From the NCBI GenBank assembly GCA_965237675.1, contig OZ250150.1:3488001-3552000 (forward strand): a DNA stretch of 64,000 nt, read 5' to 3'. Below are positions 58,261 to 64,000 of the stretch, in pieces. Numbering within the stretch: position 1 is the first letter of the stretch; every line of letters starts with the position of its first letter. The notes below the pieces were generated by a model. That model was not told the origin of the DNA, searched no databases, and worked only from the letters and a program-made list of their open reading frames with translations. This DNA comes from Candidatus Latescibacterota bacterium (GTDB lineage: Bacteria > Latescibacterota > UBA2968 > GCA-2709665). A program made the translations under genes and the position numbers.

Positions 58261-59436
58261 TCAGGGCGAATAGACCCCGGTGTCCTGCCAGAAGGTTGCC
58301 CAGGCGAACCAGAATGCGTTGTGCGCCGGGATCTGATAGAGTTGGCTGCCTCTGAGCTCGCCCGCCAATGCCTGCCCCAGAAGGTTCCAGCTGGTACCGG
58401 TTTCTCTGTCCCTTAACGCAAAGGAAAACCGTCGATCTGTCGAAGGCGCCCTGTCGAAGGTCAGTGTCCGATCGCCCAGATCCCGGCTGAAAGGCAGGGC
58501 CATCTGCGCTTCGGCATCGTAGAGTACGAGCACGTTGTGCCCTCCGATCTTATCGTTGATCACGGCCTGGTCGTCGCCCATTTGCGAATAGGGATAGGCC
58601 TTGGCGACGGTCCCGAATCGAACGCCCAGTACCATCTCTTTCGGAGGGTAGTCGAAAATGATGGGATTGTCGTCCGGTTCCGGATAAAGGGGGAACAGCG
58701 GCGCCGACCCCGGGTTGCGGTAGCCCGTGTACGGGTACACGGTGTAACGTTCCGAGTGGAACGTTCCCCTGGAGCCGGAACTGACGACCGACGTGCCCGG
58801 GTAGAGCCTCTTCCAGTTGCCCCACGTGGTTTCGATCACGGGCATCAGCGCGAGTTCCCTTTCCGTACCGTATCCCTTAATGCCTATGTGAGTCATCTGC
58901 GGGTACAGGGTGTCGTCATGACGGCGGTCGTACATCACGAGATTGTTATTGAATAGCAGTCCGGATACACCGAGTTCCAGTCGCTCTTCGCCCTCGCCCA
59001 GTCCTTCGAAGACCATGCCCGTGCCGGTGAGCGGGCAAAGCGTCGCAACAACCTGCTGGCCGCCGATGACGTCGTTGATGATTTCATGGTGCCAGCCGAT
59101 ATTGTGGGGGTAGGCCTTTGCGACACCGTTGAGGTAGAGGCCAAGTACGAGATCCTCGTCTTTCAGATAGGCCGCGTAAACGGAACCCTCGCGGACAAAG
59201 TCAGGATCGGTCAGCGCGGGAATTCCTTCTTTGGCCGCGCCGCCGCTGATCAGGCGGTTGAGGGGAAAGCGGGAGACGTCGAGGAAATTCCTGGCCGGCA
59301 CCGACGTGGAACTTCCGGCTTCGCCGCTGCTTCCGGTTCCCGCCGGGGCCACGGGACTGGGGGGACTCTTGCCGCCGCAGGCCGATAGCGCGCCGGCAAC
59401 AAACAACGGATACAAGAGATGGAAGAGGCGTTTCAT
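58261..59436 (-). CDS. DUF3179-like lipoprotein (paralog 2)
   Basis: Lipobox LSA-C; KEGIPALTDP, HEIIND, TLCPLTGTG, SGLLFNNNLVMYD, FWFAWATF. Confidence 0.88.
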   Translation of the reverse strand: MKRLFHLLYPLFVAGALSACGGKSPPSPVAPAGTGSSGEAGSSTSVPARNFLDVSRFPLNRLISGGAAKEGIPALTDPDFVREGSVYAAYLKDEDLVLGLYLNGVAKAYPHNIGWHHEIINDVIGGQQVVATLCPLTGTGMVFEGLGEGEERLELGVSGLLFNNNLVMYDRRHDDTLYPQMTHIGIKGYGTERELALMPVIETTWGNWKRLYPGTSVVSSGSRGTFHSERYTVYPYTGYRNPGSAPLFPLYPEPDDNPIIFDYPPKEMVLGVRFGTVAKAYPYSQMGDDQAVINDKIGGHNVLVLYDAEAQMALPFSRDLGDRTLTFDRAPSTDRRFSFALRDRETGTSWNLLGQALAGELRGSQLYQIPAHNAFWFAWATFWQDTGVYSP

Positions 59437-59763
59437 ATAGGATCCGACTCAATCGGGAGTGCCCGTGGGTGTCCCTTTCGGACACGAGAGAGACGCCGGT
59501 CCTGCGGATGCCTCCAGATAATTAAATTTAACCAGTTTATAAGGAAAATAAAAGTACAATCAGTCCGAATCCGATGTATTTTTATGGCCGTCTCTCCGAA
59601 CACGGATTCTTCGCGCGCCGCCGCATAGCGCGTCGGTCGGATAACATTGATCGTCACGTCGGAGAACATGTGCATAGTTCTTGCTTTTCCCTCGTTCCAT
59701 GTCTAAATTATCTATACATTTGGTCACTGTCTTTTAGACTACGAAAACACCGCGAGGTTGATC

Positions 59764-61773
59764 ATGGCGAGGTTCCGGGTCCAGGCACCGTTCGAACCGT
59801 CGGGCGACCAGCCAGAGGCCATTGCCGAATTGAGCGAGGGCGTTCGACGGGGCGACCGGTTTCAGACCCTGATGGGGGCGACCGGCACGGGCAAGACGTT
59901 TACCATTTCGAAGGTCATCGAGGTGGTACAGATGCCAACCCTGGTCATCTCGCACAATAAGACGCTGGCGGCTCAGCTCTACGGTGAATTCAAGACCTTC
60001 TTCCCGGACAACGCGGTGGAGTTTTTTATATCCTATTACGACTACTATCAGCCTGAGGCCTATAAGCCGGTAACCGATACGTTCATCGAAAAGGAAGCGG
60101 ACATCAACGATGAGATCAACCGGCTGCGCCTGCGCGCGACGAGTGCGTTGATGGAACGCCAGGATGTGATTATCGTGGCCAGCGTATCCTGCATTTACGG
60201 AATCGGCAATCCGGAAGAGTACGAGGGCATGCACGTCATGATCGACCTGGGGGACAGACTGGACCGGGACGAACTGCTTCGCCGGCTGGTGGATATTCAC
60301 TATACCCGGAACGACGTGGACTTCGGTCCTGGTACGTTTCGGGTTCGCGGCGACGTGGTGGAGATCTATCGACCTGAACGGGATGATCCGGTTCGCGTGG
60401 AATTCTTCGGCGACGAAGTGGATGCGATCAGTATGGTGCGGCCAGTGACCGGGGAGGTGCTGGAGACGCGAGAACGAGCGGCGATTTACCCGGCGCGGCA
60501 TTTCGTGACCAGCGGGCAGCGGATCGAGCAGGCGATCGAACAGATTGAGATCGATATGGCCAGGCAACTTGACGATTTCAAAAACCAGGGAAAATTACTG
60601 GAAGCCCAGCGGCTGGAGACCCGCACGCGGTACGATATCGAGATGATGCGTGAGATCGGCTACTGTGCCGGAATCGAAAACTACTCGCGGTATATCGACG
60701 GGCGGGAACCCGGGCAGCCACCCCACGTTTTGCTGGACTATTTCCCGGAGGAGTTCCTGGTTGTAATCGACGAGTCCCACGCGACGCTGCCCCAGATACG
60801 GGGGATGTGGAACGCGGACCGGTCTCGGAAGACGACGCTTGTGGATCACGGGTTCCGGTTGCCGGCGGCACTGGACAACCGCCCGCTCTATTTTCAGGAA
60901 TTCGAAGGCATGGTGAACACGGGGATTTTCATGTCGGCCACACCCGCGGATTATGAGCTGGAGAAGACGCAGGGCATTGTGGTTGAGCAAATTATTCGTC
61001 CGACCGGCGTCCTGGATCCGGAGATGCTTGTGCGCCCCGTCCGCGGGCAGGTGGACGATCTGATCGACGAGGTCCGTGAGCGGGTGGACCGGAAAGAACG
61101 GGTGCTTGTAACCGCACTGACCAAGAGAATGTCGGAAGACCTGGCGGAATACATGCGGGATCTGGGTATTCGGGCCCGCTATATGCATTCTGAAATCGAC
61201 TCATTGGAGCGTGTGGAAATCATCAGGGGATTGCGGCTGGGCGAGTTCGACGTTCTGGTGGGTGTGAATCTGTTGCGCGAGGGGTTGGATCTGCCGGAAG
61301 TGTCCCTGGTCGCAATTCTGGATGCGGACAAAGAGGGCTTCCTGCGCTCGACGCGTTCGCTGATTCAGACGGCAGGCCGGGCGGCCCGGAATCTGGCCGG
61401 CAAGGTCATATTGTACGCAGACAAAGTGACGGACTCGATGCGGCGGGCAATCGACGAAACCGACCGCAGACGGCAGGTGCAGCAGGCATACAACGAGCGA
61501 TCGGGCGTTGTGCCGCAGACGGTCTACAAGAGCAGGGATGAGATTCTGCGGGCGACGGCAGTCGCTGATGTCAGGCAGGAGGAGGTGTCGCTCGCCGCGG
61601 AGGAGGCGTCCGGGTACGAGGCGGGCGCGAACCTGTTGGACGTCATCGCGGATCTGGAAGACAAAATGGCCAGGGCCGCGGCGGAACTGGCGTTCGAGAA
61701 AGCGGCCGGATACCGCGACGAGATTACCCGGCTGAAAGCGGGCATGAAGGGGGTCGTGGACGGCGCTGTATAG
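59764..61773 (+). CDS. uvrB: Excinuclease ABC subunit B
   Basis: [43 protein letters not shown] domain. Confidence 0.98.
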   Translation: MARFRVQAPFEPSGDQPEAIAELSEGVRRGDRFQTLMGATGTGKTFTISKVIEVVQMPTLVISHNKTLAAQLYGEFKTFFPDNAVEFFISYYDYYQPEAYKPVTDTFIEKEADINDEINRLRLRATSALMERQDVIIVASVSCIYGIGNPEEYEGMHVMIDLGDRLDRDELLRRLVDIHYTRNDVDFGPGTFRVRGDVVEIYRPERDDPVRVEFFGDEVDAISMVRPVTGEVLETRERAAIYPARHFVTSGQRIEQAIEQIEIDMARQLDDFKNQGKLLEAQRLETRTRYDIEMMREIGYCAGIENYSRYIDGREPGQPPHVLLDYFPEEFLVVIDESHATLPQIRGMWNADRSRKTTLVDHGFRLPAALDNRPLYFQEFEGMVNTGIFMSATPADYELEKTQGIVVEQIIRPTGVLDPEMLVRPVRGQVDDLIDEVRERVDRKERVLVTALTKRMSEDLAEYMRDLGIRARYMHSEIDSLERVEIIRGLRLGEFDVLVGVNLLREGLDLPEVSLVAILDADKEGFLRSTRSLIQTAGRAARNLAGKVILYADKVTDSMRRAIDETDRRRQVQQAYNERSGVVPQTVYKSRDEILRATAVADVRQEEVSLAAEEASGYEAGANLLDVIADLEDKMARAAAELAFEKAAGYRDEITRLKAGMKGVVDGAV

Positions 61774-61791
61774 GCTGGAAGATGGAGTGGC

Positions 61792-62655
61792 ATGGCGAAC
61801 CTACCCGAACGGGATGGCATCGACCACGTTGTCGACGCAGCGATTCTGGAAGATGTGGGCGACGGAGACATTTCTACTGCATGGACCGTGCGCGAGCATA
61901 CCACGGCCCGAGCCGTGCTGATCGCAAGGACGCCGGGTGTGGTCGCGGGGTTGAGGGTAGCGGAACGGGTGTTTCGGCGGGTTGATTCGCGAATCGCGGT
62001 GACACCGCAAATTTCGGATGGCGCCCGCGTTGAAGTCGAGGATCTGCTGGCGAACGTCCTGGGCCCCGCCCGGGGCATCCTGACGGCGGAACGGACGGCG
62101 TTGAATTTTCTGCAGCGCATGTCCGGAATCGCAACGACGACGGCGGCCTTCGTGGCCGCAGTTGCCGGGACGGGCGTCAGGATTCTGGATACGCGGAAGA
62201 CCGCGCCCGGCCTGAGGATGCTCGACAAGTATGCGGTTGTCGCGGGGGGAGGAACGAGCCACCGGATGGGACTCCACGATATGGTGCTCCTCAAGGATAA
62301 CCACATCCAGGCGGCAGATGGAATCGGGCCGGCGGTTGCTGCGGTGAAGGCCGCAATGGCCCGGGACCGGAGGCGCGTGATGATCGAAGTGGAGGTGAAA
62401 ACCCTTCGCGAACTGGACGATGCGCTGGCCGTGGGGGTGGAGCGGGTGATGTTGGACAATATGGATCTGCAGACTACACGTCTGGCGGTGGCGCGGGCGA
62501 AGGCGCTCGGACCGAAAAGACCCCTTCTGGAAGCATCCGGCAACGTCACACTCGATACCGTTCGCACCGTGGCCGATACCGGTGTAGACCTGATCTCGGT
62601 CGGTGCGCTGACGCATTCGGCGCCCGCCATGGATATGAGCCTGTTATTCCGATGA
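61792..62655 (+). CDS. nadC: Nicotinate-nucleotide diphosphorylase (carboxylating)
   Basis: ERTALNFLQ, DTRKT, HRMGL, KDNH, EVEV, LDN, SVGALTHS. Confidence 0.96.
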   Translation: MANLPERDGIDHVVDAAILEDVGDGDISTAWTVREHTTARAVLIARTPGVVAGLRVAERVFRRVDSRIAVTPQISDGARVEVEDLLANVLGPARGILTAERTALNFLQRMSGIATTTAAFVAAVAGTGVRILDTRKTAPGLRMLDKYAVVAGGGTSHRMGLHDMVLLKDNHIQAADGIGPAVAAVKAAMARDRRRVMIEVEVKTLRELDDALAVGVERVMLDNMDLQTTRLAVARAKALGPKRPLLEASGNVTLDTVRTVADTGVDLISVGALTHSAPAMDMSLLFR

Positions 62656-63689
62656 GCGCCAGGCGGCCGTGTTTCGCCACGGAATCACACACCAGACGCG
62701 GTTGCGTTGAGACCCCATGTGCCTATCGTGTTCTCGAGGCGCTGGGCGAACCGCGGAAAGAGCCGGTCTCGGTCGAAAATCTGGCCGCGGCACTGTCATG
62801 TAAGCCCAACGATGTTCTGGGAGCCATAGGTGTAATGCGGCGCCTGGGATATTCCGTTTCGGATTGTCCCGGAGCAGGGATACGTCTGGACACCGAAATG
62901 GATGTGATCCTCCGTGCCGACCTGCTCGGACGCCTGAGGACCCGTGTCCTGGGCCGGTCTCCCGTATGCTTCCTGGAGTTGGATTCAACAAACAACGTGG
63001 CCACGCAGGCCGCTCGCGCCGGCGCGCCGCACGGCATGGTTGTCGTTGCGGAACATCAGAAGGCCGGTCGCGGCCGACTGGGTAGAGAGTGGTTTTCGCC
63101 GCCCGGCGTGGGACTCTGGTTCTCACTGATTCTCCGATACGACCTGGCGATTTCACGTGCCTGGATGCTTACACTCGGCGCGGCCGTCGCACTGGCCGAT
63201 GCCGTTGAGGAGGTAACAGGCGCCCGGCCGGACGTCCGGTGGCCGAACGACCTCTACCTGAATGGTCGCAAACTTGCAGGCATCCTGACGGAGGCGCGCG
63301 GCGCCGACAGGTTGCGCTTCGCCGTTCTCGGCATCGGGATAAACGTGAACCAGGAAGCGGCAGACTTTCCTGCGGGTTTGCGAGAAACCGCAATATCCGT
63401 CCGGTGCGCAACGGGTCGGTTGTTCGAGCGGACAGTGCTTCTGGCCGAGGTGCTGTGGGCGCTGGAGCAGGTATACGCCAACCTGGATGCCGAGCGGATT
63501 CGAGAAATGTGGAAGGGCAAGGCCCGGATGCTGGGTAAGCCGGTTCGTATCACGACGGATGCAGGCCTAATTGATGGCCTGGCGGAGGATTTGGGGACCG
63601 ATGGCGCCCTTCTGGTACGGGGTGTCGACGGTGGAATCAGGAAGGTCATGGTCGGAGACGCACGAAGCACAAGAACGGTCTTGCGTTAG
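62652..63689 (+). CDS. birA: Bifunctional biotin ligase/repressor
   Basis: N-terminal wHTH-like region, DSTN, QKAGRGRLGR, WPND, KLAGILTE, GIGIN. Confidence 0.93.
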   Translation: MSARRPCFATESHTRRGCVETPCAYRVLEALGEPRKEPVSVENLAAALSCKPNDVLGAIGVMRRLGYSVSDCPGAGIRLDTEMDVILRADLLGRLRTRVLGRSPVCFLELDSTNNVATQAARAGAPHGMVVVAEHQKAGRGRLGREWFSPPGVGLWFSLILRYDLAISRAWMLTLGAAVALADAVEEVTGARPDVRWPNDLYLNGRKLAGILTEARGADRLRFAVLGIGINVNQEAADFPAGLRETAISVRCATGRLFERTVLLAEVLWALEQVYANLDAERIREMWKGKARMLGKPVRITTDAGLIDGLAEDLGTDGALLVRGVDGGIRKVMVGDARSTRTVLR

Positions 63690-63758
63690 ATAACCGAATG
63701 ATCGCTGTCTGCGGCAGGCATGTGGTTTCGGGCCTGGTTGCCGCTATTGAGTACGTCT

Positions 63759-64000
63759 ATGTTTCTTGCGCTTGACATCGGGAATTCCAGTATCGGCTGT
63801 GGCATATTTGATGAAAGCGAAATGCTGGCTCGCTGGTCCATGGAAACCGACGTCGGTCTGGATAGCCGCGCCTACTCGACGCGCCTGAGCGCCGTACTGG
63901 ACAAATCGGGTATCGATATCCGGGCGTTGGATGGGGCCATTGCTTCGTCGGTGGTTCGGGGAATGACAGAAGTCATTGGAGGGGCCGTCCAGGCATTGTC
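63759..64000 (+). CDS. coaX: Type III pantothenate kinase, N-terminal part (runs off the window)
   Basis: MFLALDIGNSSIGCGIF...IASSVV; conserved position after birA; absent from the ORF track because truncated. Confidence 0.9.
   Translation, partial: MFLALDIGNSSIGCGIFDESEMLARWSMETDVGLDSRAYSTRLSAVLDKSGIDIRALDGAIASSVVRGMTEVIGGAVQAL

Noticed and set aside
54147-59436. Selenocysteine in the DUF3179-like proteins
   Set aside because: Both ORFs are uninterrupted to the conserved FWFAW C-terminus, with no in-frame TGA at the Cys position
59590-59685. LexA/SOS box upstream of uvrB (CGAACACGGATTC; GAGAACATGTGC)
   Set aside because: Only partial matches to GAAC-N4-GTTC, and the LexA specificity of this lineage is unknown to me
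1-64000. CRISPR array, prophage, integrase/transposase, rRNA or tRNA genes
   Set aside because: No regularly spaced repeats or hallmark genes seen on reading both strands

Overview
Bacterial chromosomal window, GC-rich and gene-dense. Core genes: recO (partial), valS, a class A PBP, fused secDF, a polyprenyl synthase, xth, prmC-prfA-rpmE-rho, HU, ssb, prmA, uvrB, nadC-birA-coaX (partial). Between them are many carbohydrate and oxidative accessory genes: two heparinase II/III-like proteins, three sugar-phosphate isomerases, SDRs, two PhyH dioxygenases and two DUF3179-like lipoproteins. The gene content and a C-terminal 'DFDxxGxVxFxDFxxFAxxFG' repeat suggest an FCB-group organism such as Ca. 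Latescibacterota (inference). I found no rRNA, tRNA, CRISPR array or intact transposase. Most notable observations: (1) a frameshifted remnant of a divergent, internally shortened RNA polymerase beta (RpoB)-like gene at ~46084-46340, only partly visible in the ORF track. It lies directly behind a two-gene operon whose first protein starts with a DksA/TraR-type C4 zinc finger. (2) A sigma54 regulatory module (PAS kinase, NtrC-type activator, enhancer repeats, IHF-like site, -24/-12 promoter) upstream of a PTS-EIIA gene and a sigma70 factor gene. (3) A split 'MFS/spermidine synthase' pair whose SAM-binding half carries a lipobox. (4) A DUF3179/beta-barrel/PhyH cluster. (5) An XPB-N/WYL protein behind a long structured leader. 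(6) A 168-bp MITE-like element. All family assignments come from motif recognition by eye, not database searches.
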